NCBI GenBank assembly: GCA_041611735.1
Contig: JBFIML010000017.1
Coordinates: 386 to 64,385, forward strand
Length of the DNA stretch: 64,000 bases
Direction of reading: 5' to 3'
From: Myxococcota bacterium
GTDB taxonomy: Bacteria; Myxococcota_A; UBA9160; PR03
Part shown: piece by piece, positions 48,555 to 57,827 of the stretch
Layout: the number at the start of each line of letters is the position of its first letter
How positions within the stretch are numbered: position 1 is the stretch's first letter
The notes under the pieces: generated by a model
The model's database searches: none
The model's input: only the letters and a program-made list of their open reading frames with translations
Told to the model about the DNA's origin: nothing
Made by a program: the position numbers and the translations under genes

Positions 48555-48629
48555 AGGCACGTAGCTCAGTGGGAGAGCACCACCTTGACACGGTGGGGGT
48601 CGGCGGTTCAATCCCGCCCGTGCCTACCA
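48555..48629 (+). tRNA. tRNA-Val(GAC)
   Basis: Acceptor AGGCACG/CGTGCCT, anticodon arm CCACC-TTGACAC-GGTGG, GGTTCAATCC T-loop, encoded CCA. Confidence 0.97.
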
Positions 48630-48712
48630 CGCCGCCCCGCCGCGCAGGCGCGCGACCGGGCTTTTCGGGTCCGGCCACGCGAAGAATCCCAGCCCATGAT
48701 CCGCCCGCCTCC

Positions 48713-50653
48713 ATGATCGAGATCCACGTGCGTCTGCCCGACGGCAAGGACGTGGCCGTGCCGGTGGGCTCGACGGTCCTCGACGTGGCGAAGCGGATCG
48801 GACCCGGTCTGGCACGCGCGGCCGTGGCGGGCCGCGTGGACGGCCGCCTGGTGGACCTGCGTACCCCCCTGCGTCGCGCGGTGGCCCTGGCGGTGGTCAC
48901 GGTTCGCGACCCCGAGGCCGGGGAGGTGGTGCGCCACTCCGCCGAGCACGTGATGGCCGACGCCGTCAAGCGGCTCTTCCCCTCCGTGCAGATCGATGTG
49001 GGGCGCGCCGACCACTCCGAGAAGTTCCAGTACGACTTCCTGACCGAGCGCCCCTTCACGCCCGAGGACCTGGAGCGCATCGAGGCCGAGATGGCGCGCA
49101 TCGTGGGGGAGAAGGCCCCCTTCCAGCGCGAGGTGGTGGACCGCGACCGCGCCAAGAAGCTCTTCGCAGAGATGGGCGAGCATCTGAAGGTCGCGCGCAT
49201 CGACGACATCCCCGCCGACCAGGAGATCACGCTCTTCCGCCACGGCGACTTCGTGGACCTCTGCCGCGGCCCCCACGTGCAGCGCACCGACCAGATCGGG
49301 GCCTTCAAGCTGTTCGAGGTGGCGGGAGCCTACTGGCGGGGCGACGAGCGCAATCCCATGCTCCAACGCATCTACGGGACGGCCTTCGCCTCCCGAGCCG
49401 AGCTCGAGGAGCACCTGCAGCGCCTCGAGGAGGCCCGGCGTCGCGACCACCGCCGGCTCGGCGCCGAGCTGGACCTCTTCCACGTGGATCCGCTCTCGCC
49501 GGGCTCCCCCTTCTACCATCCGAAGGGAATGGTCCTCTACAACGGCCTCCTGGACTACATCCGCTCCCTCTACCCGCGCTACGGCTTCCAGGAGGTGATG
49601 ACCCCGCAGCTCTTCCGGACCGAGATCTACCGCACCTCGGGGCACTACGAGATGTTCCGCGAGGACATGTTCCTGCTCGAGGGAGACGCGGAGGAGGAGC
49701 TCGCGCTCAAGCCCATGAACTGCCCGGGGCACTGCCACCTCTTCGGCCTGCGCAAGCGCTCCTACCGCGAGCTGCCGCTGCGCTTCGCGGAGTTCACCCG
49801 CCTGCACCGCAACGAGCGCTCCGGGACGCTGCACGGACTCACCCGCGTCCGCTCCCTGGCCCAGGACGACGCCCACGTCTTCAGCGAGCCCGAGGCGCTC
49901 GACGCCGAGGTGCGCGCCTTCTTCGCCATGACCCGCGAGGTGTACCGGGATCTCGGGCTCCCGGATGTGGAGGTCTTCGTGGCCACCCGGCCCGAGCGCT
50001 CCATCGGGGATCCGCAGCGCTGGGCGGAGGCGGAGCGCACGCTGGTGCAGGCAGTGGAGGAGGCCGGCTGGAAGTGCGCGATCAATCCCGGCGAGGCCGC
50101 CTTCTACGGCCCCAAGGTGGAGCTGCACTTCCGGGACGCCCTGGGTCGCACGTGGCAGGTGGGAACCCTCCAGCTTGACATGGCCATGCCCGGCCGCTTC
50201 GGGCTCCGCTACGTGGGACGAGACGGCCAGGAGCACGAGCCGGCCATGCTGCACCGCGCGATCCTCGGCTCGCTGGAGCGCTTCATCGCCATCTATCTCG
50301 AGCACACGGCGGGCGACCTGCCGCTGTGGCTCGCCCCGCTGCAGGTCGTCGTGTTGCCCATCACGGAGCGGCACGTGGATTACGCCACCCGCGTGCGCGA
50401 CGCGCTCGTCGCGCGCGGCGTCCGGGTGGAGCTCGATGCGCGGAACGAGAAGCTCGGCTTCAAGATCCGCGAGGCCGAGACCCAGAAGGTTCCGGTCATG
50501 CTCGTCGTGGGAGACCAGGAGGTGACGCACGGGACCGTCACTCCGCGGCGCCGCGGCGCGGAGCGCAACGACTCCGCCTCGCAGCCGCTCGACCCCTTCG
50601 CCGCGGGGATCGCGGCGGAGATCGCCGAGCGGAGCCGCCCGAACGTTCCGTAG
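48713..50653 (+). CDS. thrS: threonyl-tRNA synthetase
   Basis: TGS domain, RHSAEH, DLCRGPH, KPMNCPGH, HRNERSG, HRAILGSLERF. Confidence 0.98.
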   Translation: MIEIHVRLPDGKDVAVPVGSTVLDVAKRIGPGLARAAVAGRVDGRLVDLRTPLRRAVALAVVTVRDPEAGEVVRHSAEHVMADAVKRLFPSVQIDVGRADHSEKFQYDFLTERPFTPEDLERIEAEMARIVGEKAPFQREVVDRDRAKKLFAEMGEHLKVARIDDIPADQEITLFRHGDFVDLCRGPHVQRTDQIGAFKLFEVAGAYWRGDERNPMLQRIYGTAFASRAELEEHLQRLEEARRRDHRRLGAELDLFHVDPLSPGSPFYHPKGMVLYNGLLDYIRSLYPRYGFQEVMTPQLFRTEIYRTSGHYEMFREDMFLLEGDAEEELALKPMNCPGHCHLFGLRKRSYRELPLRFAEFTRLHRNERSGTLHGLTRVRSLAQDDAHVFSEPEALDAEVRAFFAMTREVYRDLGLPDVEVFVATRPERSIGDPQRWAEAERTLVQAVEEAGWKCAINPGEAAFYGPKVELHFRDALGRTWQVGTLQLDMAMPGRFGLRYVGRDGQEHEPAMLHRAILGSLERFIAIYLEHTAGDLPLWLAPLQVVVLPITERHVDYATRVRDALVARGVRVELDARNEKLGFKIREAETQKVPVMLVVGDQEVTHGTVTPRRRGAERNDSASQPLDPFAAGIAAEIAERSRPNVP

Positions 50654-50665
50654 GAGGAAATCCGC

Positions 50666-51262
50666 ATCGCCGACCCCAAGCGCGACACGGTTCGGGTGAA
50701 CGAACGGATCCGGGCCCGCGAGATCCGAGTCATCGACGACGACGGCGAGCAGCTCGGCGTGATGACTCCGGAGCAGGCCATGGAACGGGCCGCCGAGAAG
50801 GGGCTGGACGTGGTCGAAGTGGCCCCCAACTCGGTACCGCCGGTTTGCCGGATCATGGACTACGGGCGTTACAAGTACGAGCAGAAGAAGAAGCGCGCCA
50901 GCGGGAAGACCAAGGCCCACGCGGCGACGCTCAAGGAAGTGAAGGTGCGGCCGCGCACGGACCTCCACGACCTCGACTTCAAGCTGCGCAATGCCCGTCG
51001 CTTCCTGATGGACGGCGACAAGGTCAAGGTCACCCTGACCTTCCGGGGTCGCGAGATCGTGCACAAGGATCGCGGACGCGCTCAGCTCGACCGCATCAAA
51101 GAGATGCTCGCGGACGTCGCGGCGGTGGAGAATCCTCCGCGCATGGATGGTCGCTTCATGTCGATGATCCTGGTGCCCAATCGCGAGGCGATCGCGCAGA
51201 TGCGCCGGGAAGACGAGAAGCGTGAGCAGTCGGCAGCCAAGGCCAAGACGGGAGAAGCCTGA
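50666..51262 (+). CDS. infC: translation initiation factor IF-3 (probable ATC start)
   Basis: [34 protein letters not shown]; AGGAGG SD 8 nt before in-frame ATC at 50666. Confidence 0.96.
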   Translation: MADPKRDTVRVNERIRAREIRVIDDDGEQLGVMTPEQAMERAAEKGLDVVEVAPNSVPPVCRIMDYGRYKYEQKKKRASGKTKAHAATLKEVKVRPRTDLHDLDFKLRNARRFLMDGDKVKVTLTFRGREIVHKDRGRAQLDRIKEMLADVAAVENPPRMDGRFMSMILVPNREAIAQMRREDEKREQSAAKAKTGEA

Positions 51263-51459
51263 TGCCCAAGATGAAGACGCACCGCGGCGCGGCCAAGCGG
51301 TTGAAACGGACCGGAACCGGGCGGATCGCGCGGCGCCAGCAGGGGATGCGGCACATCCTCACCAAGAAGAGGCGCAAGCGGAAGCGCCAGCTCCGCAAGC
51401 CGGCCCTGGTCTCGAAGGTGGACGAGGCACGCGTCAAGCAGCTGCTGCCCGGAAGCTAG
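51262..51459 (+). CDS. rpmI: 50S ribosomal protein L35
   Basis: [19 protein letters not shown]. Confidence 0.98.
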   Translation: MPKMKTHRGAAKRLKRTGTGRIARRQQGMRHILTKKRRKRKRQLRKPALVSKVDEARVKQLLPGS

Positions 51460-51481
51460 GGGCGGCGCAGAAGGAAGAAGC

Positions 51482-51838
51482 ATGGCTCGAGTCAAACGAA
51501 GCGTTCCGGCGCGGCGGCGCCGGCGGCGAATCCTGCGGGAAGCCAGGGGCTACCAGGGCGCCCGCGGGCGGCTGCTCAAGACCGCCCGCGAGGCGGTGGA
51601 GCGCGCCTGGCGCTACGCCTACCGCGACCGCCGGCGGCGCAAGCGAGAGTTCCGGGCGCTCTGGATCGCTCGCATCAATGCGGCGGCCCGGGAGCAGGGG
51701 CTCTCCTACAGCCGCCTGATGGAGGGATTGCGCAAGGCAGGCATCGAGGTGGACCGCAAGAACCTGGCCGACCTGGCGGTGGCGGAGCCGGCAGCCTTCG
51801 CCGCCCTGGCGGAGCGGGCCAAGGCGGCGTCGGCCTAG
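51482..51838 (+). CDS. rplT: 50S ribosomal protein L20
   Basis: [37 protein letters not shown]. Confidence 0.98.
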   Translation: MARVKRSVPARRRRRRILREARGYQGARGRLLKTAREAVERAWRYAYRDRRRRKREFRALWIARINAAAREQGLSYSRLMEGLRKAGIEVDRKNLADLAVAEPAAFAALAERAKAASA

Positions 51839-51852
51839 GAGCCGGAGGAAGG

Positions 51853-52878
51853 GTGGCGAAGCCGATCCCCGATCTGGAGGCGCTCGAGCGCGAGGCCAGC
51901 CGGGCCATCGCGGCGGCGGAGAGCGTTCCCTCCCTGGTCGAGGCGCGCGCCCGCGTGCTCGGACGCAAGGGCTCGCTGTCCGGCGTCCTGCGCCAGCTCG
52001 GCAGCCTCCCGCCCGCCGAGCGGGTGCGCCTCGGTCAGGCGGCCAACGCCGTGAAGCAGCGCCTGGAAGAGGCCTTGCGCGTGCGGCGCGACGCGCTCGA
52101 GGAGGCCCGGCGCGAGCAGGCCCTCGTCGAACGAGAGCTCGACGTGACGCTGCCGGGCGTGGAGCCGCCGCGCGGCCACCTGCACCCGGTCACTCACGTG
52201 GAGCGCGACGTGGCCGACTTCTTCGTGAGCCTCGGCTTCTCCATCGAGGAAGGCCCCGAGGTCGAGACCGAGTACAACAACTTCGAGGCGCTCAACATCC
52301 CGCCGGACCACCCGGCCCGCGACATGCAGGCCACCTTCTTCGTGGACGACGGGCTCGTCCTGCGCACCCACACCTCGCCGGTGCAGATCCGCGCCATGAG
52401 CGGCCGCGAGCCGCCGTTCCGCTTCATTGCGCTGGGGCGCGTCTATCGCCACGACGTGAGCCCGCGCCACAGCCCCATGTTCCACCAGGTGGAGGGCTTC
52501 CTGGTGGACGATCGGGTCACCTTCGCGGACCTGAAGGGGATCCTGCATGCGTTCGGCCGGAACCTGATGGGTGCCGGCACCGAGCTCCGCTTCCGCGCCA
52601 GCTACTTCCCCTTCACCGAGCCATCGGCAGAGATGGACTACGCCTGCCTGCTGTGTGAGGGGCAGGGCTGCCCCACCTGCTCCCAGAGCGGCTGGATCGA
52701 GTGGGGCGGCTGCGGGATGATCCACCCGCAGGTGCTGCGGAACTGCGGCATCGATCCGGAACGCTGGCAGGGCTTTGCGTTCGGCATGGGACTCGAGCGC
52801 ACCGCCATGCTCCGCTACGGCATCCCGCACATCCGCCTGCTCTACGAGGGCGACGTGCGCCTGCTGGAGCAGATCTGA
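51853..52878 (+). CDS. pheS: phenylalanyl-tRNA synthetase alpha
   Basis: HPARDMQ, LRTHTS, FHQVEG, YFPFTEPS, FAFGMGLER. Confidence 0.98.
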   Translation: MAKPIPDLEALEREASRAIAAAESVPSLVEARARVLGRKGSLSGVLRQLGSLPPAERVRLGQAANAVKQRLEEALRVRRDALEEARREQALVERELDVTLPGVEPPRGHLHPVTHVERDVADFFVSLGFSIEEGPEVETEYNNFEALNIPPDHPARDMQATFFVDDGLVLRTHTSPVQIRAMSGREPPFRFIALGRVYRHDVSPRHSPMFHQVEGFLVDDRVTFADLKGILHAFGRNLMGAGTELRFRASYFPFTEPSAEMDYACLLCEGQGCPTCSQSGWIEWGGCGMIHPQVLRNCGIDPERWQGFAFGMGLERTAMLRYGIPHIRLLYEGDVRLLEQI

Positions 52879-55283
52879 TGCGGGTGCCCCTCGACTGGCT
52901 GCGCGAGTTCGTGCCGTTGCCCCCGGAGCCGGCTCTCATCGAGCGCCTGACCTTCGGCGGCCTCGAGGTGGCGGCGGTGGAGCGGACGGGCCCCGACCTC
53001 TCCGGACTCCGCGTGGGCCATGTGCTCGAGCGGACTCCCCACCCGAAGGCCGACCGGCTCTCGCTGTGCCGCGTGGAGCTCGGCGAGGGCGAGCCGGTGG
53101 AGGTGGTGTGCGGCGCCCCGAACGTGGCGGCGGGCCAGAAGGTGGCGTTGGCACCGCCGGGCTCGCGCCTCCCGGACGGCACCAAGCTCAAGCGTGCCAA
53201 GATCCGCGGGGTGGTCTCCAACGGGATGATCTGCTCGGCCCGGGAGCTCGGTCTCGGCGACGACTCCGAGGGCATCCTGGTGCTGGATCCGGATGCGCCC
53301 GTCGGCGCACCCCTCTCCACGGTGGTGAGCGCCGGCGAGACGATCCTCGAGGTGGCGCTCACCCCGAATCGCGGCGACTGCGCCTCCCTGCTGGGCGTGG
53401 CCCGGGAGGTGAGGGCCTTCTTCGGAGGCCAGGTGAGCGTGCCGCCGGTGGAAGCGACGGAGTCCGGCCCGCCGGCCCGGGAAGCGGTGCAGGTCGTGCT
53501 GGAGGATTCCGCCGGCTGCCCCTACTACGTGGCGCGCCTGGTGCGGGGCGTCCGCGTCGCTGCGAGCCCGGAGTGGATCCAACGCCGATTGGCCCGCATC
53601 GGCGTACGCACCATCAACAACGTGGTCGACGTCACCAACCTCGTGCTCCACGAGCTGGGCCAGCCGCTGCACGCCTTCGACTGGGCCGCCCTGCGCGGCG
53701 AGGCCGTGCACGTACGCCGCGCCCGGGCCGGAGAGAAGCTCGTCACCCTCGACGGCGAGACCCGCGCCCTGGGGCCCGACGATCTGATGATCGCAGACGC
53801 GGAGCGCGCCATCGCCCTGGCAGGCGTGATGGGAGGCGCCGAGACCGAGGTCGGGAACGAGACGCGGGACGTGCTGCTCGAGAGCGCGTGGTTCGATCCC
53901 ATGCGCGTGCGCCGCACCGCCCGGCGCCTGGGGCTCGCCACCGAGGCCTCCTACCGCTTCGAGCGCGGCGTGGACCGCGACGGCGTACGGCGGGCCGCGG
54001 ACCGGGCGGCGCGTCTGATCGGCGAGATCGCCGGCGGCCAGGTGGCCCCGGGGGCGGTGGAAGCCCGCGGCGCAGCCCCGGAGCGCGCCGCGGAGCTGCG
54101 CCTGGATCCGGCGCGCGTGAACGGGCTGCTCGGTACGGAACTGAGCTCCGACGCGATCGTGGAGCGCCTCGCGCGGATCTCCGTGGAGGCGCGCGCCGGC
54201 GCCGGGGGGGTCCTGCACTGCGCCATCCCGAGCTGGCGCAACGACCTCGTCCTTGCCGAGGATCTGATCGAGGAAGTGGCGCGCATCCACGGCTACGAAC
54301 GCATCCCGACCACCCTGCCCACGGGACGGCTGGAGCCGGCGGCCCGCCCGGTGGCCTGGCGCCTCGGCGAGCGGGTGCGCGACGTGCTCTGCGGCCTCGG
54401 CCTGATGGAGTGCCGCACGTTCCCCTTCGCGAGCGAGGCGGACCTCGACCGCCTGGGGCTCGCCCCCGAAGACCCGAGGCGCGAGCCCGTGCCGATTCGC
54501 AACCCGCTCGTGGAGGAGGAGTCGCGCCTGCGCCCGACGCTGGTGCCCGCGCTCCTCCAGCTGGTGCGCCGCAACCGCTCCCGCCAGGTGGAGCGGGTGC
54601 GTCTCTTCGAGCTGGCGCGCGTCTTCCAGGCCCGCCCGGCCGGCGAGCTCCCCGACGAGCCCTTGCACGTGGCGGCGGTCCTGACCGGGGCCGGGGAGCG
54701 GCGCCTGTGGGAGCCGGCGGAAGCGGTGCCGATCTTCTTCCAGATGAAGGGCATCGCCACCCGGCTCGTGCGCGAGCTCGGCGGGGAGCCCGGCTTCGCG
54801 CCGGGCAGCCCCGAGCCCTTCCTGCACCCGCGGGCCGCGGTTCGCCTCCAGGCGGGCGGGCGCGAGGTGGGCGTGGTGGGCGAGCTGCATCCCGAGGCCG
54901 CCGACCGCTTCGAGGTCGACGTGCCGTGCGCGCTGCTCGTGCTGGATCTCGGCGCCCTGGCCCGGCGGCCGCGGCTGGAGCCGCGCTACCGCGAGCTGTC
55001 GCGCCAGCCGCACGTACGGCGCGACCTGGCGGTCCTGCTGCCGCGGGCCAGGCCCGCGGCGGAGGTGCTGGAGGCGGTACGCCGCGCGGCGGGCGGCGAC
55101 CTCGTGTCCGCGCAGATCTTCGACCGCTACGAGGGGCAGGGGGTGCCCCGGGACCGGGTGAGTCTGGCCTTCCGTCTGGTCTTCGAGCGGCCCGATCGGG
55201 CGCTCACCGACGCGGAGGTCGCAGGATCGATCGATCGGGTCGTGGCCGTGCTGGCCGAACGTTTCGACGGGGAGCTCCGCTAG
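52878..55283 (+). CDS. pheT: phenylalanyl-tRNA synthetase beta
   Basis: VCGAPN, TPNRGDC, VDVTN, RFERGVD, DLIEEVARIHGY, FDX-ACB tail. Confidence 0.98.
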   Translation: MRVPLDWLREFVPLPPEPALIERLTFGGLEVAAVERTGPDLSGLRVGHVLERTPHPKADRLSLCRVELGEGEPVEVVCGAPNVAAGQKVALAPPGSRLPDGTKLKRAKIRGVVSNGMICSARELGLGDDSEGILVLDPDAPVGAPLSTVVSAGETILEVALTPNRGDCASLLGVAREVRAFFGGQVSVPPVEATESGPPAREAVQVVLEDSAGCPYYVARLVRGVRVAASPEWIQRRLARIGVRTINNVVDVTNLVLHELGQPLHAFDWAALRGEAVHVRRARAGEKLVTLDGETRALGPDDLMIADAERAIALAGVMGGAETEVGNETRDVLLESAWFDPMRVRRTARRLGLATEASYRFERGVDRDGVRRAADRAARLIGEIAGGQVAPGAVEARGAAPERAAELRLDPARVNGLLGTELSSDAIVERLARISVEARAGAGGVLHCAIPSWRNDLVLAEDLIEEVARIHGYERIPTTLPTGRLEPAARPVAWRLGERVRDVLCGLGLMECRTFPFASEADLDRLGLAPEDPRREPVPIRNPLVEEESRLRPTLVPALLQLVRRNRSRQVERVRLFELARVFQARPAGELPDEPLHVAAVLTGAGERRLWEPAEAVPIFFQMKGIATRLVRELGGEPGFAPGSPEPFLHPRAAVRLQAGGREVGVVGELHPEAADRFEVDVPCALLVLDLGALARRPRLEPRYRELSRQPHVRRDLAVLLPRARPAAEVLEAVRRAAGGDLVSAQIFDRYEGQGVPRDRVSLAFRLVFERPDRALTDAEVAGSIDRVVAVLAERFDGELR

Positions 55284-55308
55284 CCCGAAGCCGGGCAGGA
55301 GGGGAAGC

Positions 55309-55626
55309 ATGACGAAGGCCGACATCGTCGAACAGATCTACGAGCGCGTGGGCTTCTCGAAGAAGGAGTCCGCGGAGCTGGTGGAGAAGGTGTTCCAGGT
55401 CATGAAGGAGGTGCTCGCCGGCGGCGAGAAGGTGAAGATCTCTGGCTTCGGCAACTTCGTGGTCCGGGAGAAGAATGCGCGCAAGGGCCGCAACCCCCAG
55501 ACCGGCGACGAGATCCTGCTGGAGGCGCGGCGCGTGCTCACCTTCAAGCCGAGTCTCGTCTTGAAGACCATGTTGAACGAGGAGCCGACACCACGGATCG
55601 AGAAGGATCGCGCGCACGGGGGCTAG
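55309..55626 (+). CDS. ihfA: integration host factor alpha
   Basis: MTKADIV, KISGFGNF, GRNPQTG, TFKPS; follows pheT. Confidence 0.95.
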   Translation: MTKADIVEQIYERVGFSKKESAELVEKVFQVMKEVLAGGEKVKISGFGNFVVREKNARKGRNPQTGDEILLEARRVLTFKPSLVLKTMLNEEPTPRIEKDRAHGG

Positions 55627-55654
55627 TTTCCGGCCACGAAAGCCAGGGGGGATC

Positions 55655-56032
55655 ATGGTCGAGCGAGACGACGCGTCAGGGGGCGACGAGGAATCCAAGC
55701 GCTACTACCGGATCGGCGAAGTGGCGCGCATCACGGGGGTCAAGCCGCACGTCCTCCGCTACTGGGAGTCGGAGTTCCGGTGGATGGCGCCGGCCAAGTC
55801 GCGTGCCAGGCAGCGGCTCTACCGCAAGCGTGACATCGAGGTGATCGAGCTGATCAAGCGCCTCCTCTACGACGAGCGCTTCACCATCGCGGGGGCCCGC
55901 AAACGCTTGCGGGATCTCGGCATTGCGCGTGCGCTGGCCGGGCCCCAGCTCGACCTGGGCGTCGAGCTGGACCACCAGGCGCGCTACCGCCGCATTCGCG
56001 ACGAGCTCCAGGCGATCCGCGGCATGTTATGA
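55655..56032 (+). CDS. MerR-family regulator (ihfA-associated type)
   Basis: YYRIGEV, HVLRYWESEF, LLYDERFTIAGA. Confidence 0.93.
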   Translation: MVERDDASGGDEESKRYYRIGEVARITGVKPHVLRYWESEFRWMAPAKSRARQRLYRKRDIEVIELIKRLLYDERFTIAGARKRLRDLGIARALAGPQLDLGVELDHQARYRRIRDELQAIRGML

Positions 56033-56889
56033 GACCGACGACGGCCCTGGCATTGATGCTCGCACTCGCGGTCTGGCTCGCCCCGCTGCCGGGCCGGGCG
56101 CAGACGTGTGCCCCGTGGCCCGGTGAGCCGAGTCCGCTGCCCACCACGGCGAGCGCCGACGCGCTGGCAGCCCAATGGGCGCAGCAGCGCGTCCACGAGC
56201 TGGTGGCCGCCGCGGAGCGCCTGGAGGCGGCCGCCCCCTCCGCCGCCCACCGCGTGTGGCGTCACGCGGCCTGCCTGGATCCGGAGCGGGCGGATCTGGC
56301 GGCGGCGATCGCGCGGACGCGACCCTTGCGCGTGCATCGCCCGGAGCCCGTGCGCGGCCGGATTTCCGCGCCTCCCCGGGCCGCCAGCGTGGAGGCAGCC
56401 CTGGCGCCGATCCGTGCCTCGTTGATCGTGGTGGCGGGGCGCCCCGCCCCGGCACCCGCGGAGGCTGCCCTCGAAGCGTCCAGGCCGAGCGCGTCGGCGC
56501 CGGCACCCCCCACCCCGGAGCCCCCCGCCGTGAGCAGCCCGCCGACCCCCGAGCCCACCCCGAGCGAGCCGCCCCTGGCCGCCCTCGACGGCCGTCTCGA
56601 CGAGGCCGAGACGCTGATCCGCAGCGCGCGCTTCGAGGAGGCCCTGCAGGCCCTCGGCACGGCGCGCGTCGACCTCGTGGACCTGCGGGCGGAGAACGGC
56701 GCAGCCGCTCGCCACGCGCGCCTCGAGCTCCTGACCGGGACCGCCGAAGTCGCCCTCGGCCGGGAGAACGAGGCCCAGGCGAGCTTCGCGCGGGCGCTCG
56801 CGGTCGACCCGGGTCTGCGCCTCGACCCCGCCACCACGTCGCCCAAGGTGGTTCGCACCTTCGAGCGCGCCCGGGAGAAACGCCCGTGA
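56029..56889 (+). CDS. secreted protein with Pro-rich linker and C-terminal TPR-like domain
   Basis: Signal peptide (..GRA/QT), ALGRENEAQASFARALAVDP...SPKV motif; ATGA-coupled to merR. Confidence 0.7.
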   Translation: MRPTTALALMLALAVWLAPLPGRAQTCAPWPGEPSPLPTTASADALAAQWAQQRVHELVAAAERLEAAAPSAAHRVWRHAACLDPERADLAAAIARTRPLRVHRPEPVRGRISAPPRAASVEAALAPIRASLIVVAGRPAPAPAEAALEASRPSASAPAPPTPEPPAVSSPPTPEPTPSEPPLAALDGRLDEAETLIRSARFEEALQALGTARVDLVDLRAENGAAARHARLELLTGTAEVALGRENEAQASFARALAVDPGLRLDPATTSPKVVRTFERAREKRP

Positions 56890-57827
56890 GGGCGTTGCGC
56901 ATCGTCGCGCCCCTCGTTGGGGGCTTCGCCCTCGCGTCGGCCTGCGCGAGCCCGCCGCCTCCGGCCTGGCTCGAGGTCTCGATGCTGCGGGGCGCGGCGG
57001 GGCAAGTGGAGAGCCTGGAGTCGCGGCCGGAACGCCTGCGTCTCGTGCTCGATCTAACCGCCTCGATGGGCGCCGCGTCCACGGCCGGCGAGCCCTCGCC
57101 CGCCGAGGCCGCCCGCGCAGCGGCCGTGCGGGTGCTGGAGGGCCTGCCTCCGGAGACGGACGTCTCGCTCCAGGTCCTCGGCATCGCGACGGGGCGGGCC
57201 TGTGCGCCGCCGGTGCGCCTCTCCGCACCGGAGCGCCCGTGGGGCTCGCAGCTCCTGGCCCGCAGCGTGGCTGCCCTGGAGCCGCGCTCCGAGGGCTCCC
57301 TCTCCCAGGCGCTCCGGGAGGTCCGCCAGGACGTGCACGAGGCTGCTCCCGCGTCGCGCTGGCGGGTGGTGGTGCTGAGCGACCTGCGCAGCGACTGCGG
57401 CGGCGACCCGTGTGCGGGCCTGACCGGGCTGCTGGAGCTCGGCGCCCGGGTGGACGTGGTCGACCTGGGCGACGAGCCGCCCGCCTGCCTGGCGGAGATG
57501 GAGCTCCCTGGCCCTCCCTCCGAGGCCGCCGCCCTGGCGCCGCCGCCCCCACCGAGATTCCGCGTGGAGGCGGCCCCCAAGGGCGGCCGGGAGGCGGGCC
57601 CGGAGCTGGCGCGCGGCGTGGCGGGGGAGGCCCCCGTCGGGCTCGCCGCCGGACGCGCGGTGGTCGTCCTGGAGACGGATCCGGTCTTCCGCATCGGCCC
57701 CCTCGATCTCGAGCCCGGCACGCTGACCACCGTGCGCGCCCTGGATTTCCCGGCCCAGGAGACGTCCTGGCGTGCCTGGGCCCTCAGCCGCCGGCCCGCC
57801 GGGCCGGAGCGGGGTACGAAACCGTGA
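56886..57827 (+). CDS. VWA-domain lipoprotein
   Basis: Lipobox LASA-C, LVLDLTASM, VVVLSD..DCGGDPC; GTGA overlap. Confidence 0.75.
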   Translation: MRALRIVAPLVGGFALASACASPPPPAWLEVSMLRGAAGQVESLESRPERLRLVLDLTASMGAASTAGEPSPAEAARAAAVRVLEGLPPETDVSLQVLGIATGRACAPPVRLSAPERPWGSQLLARSVAALEPRSEGSLSQALREVRQDVHEAAPASRWRVVVLSDLRSDCGGDPCAGLTGLLELGARVDVVDLGDEPPACLAEMELPGPPSEAAALAPPPPPRFRVEAAPKGGREAGPELARGVAGEAPVGLAAGRAVVVLETDPVFRIGPLDLEPGTLTTVRALDFPAQETSWRAWALSRRPAGPERGTKP

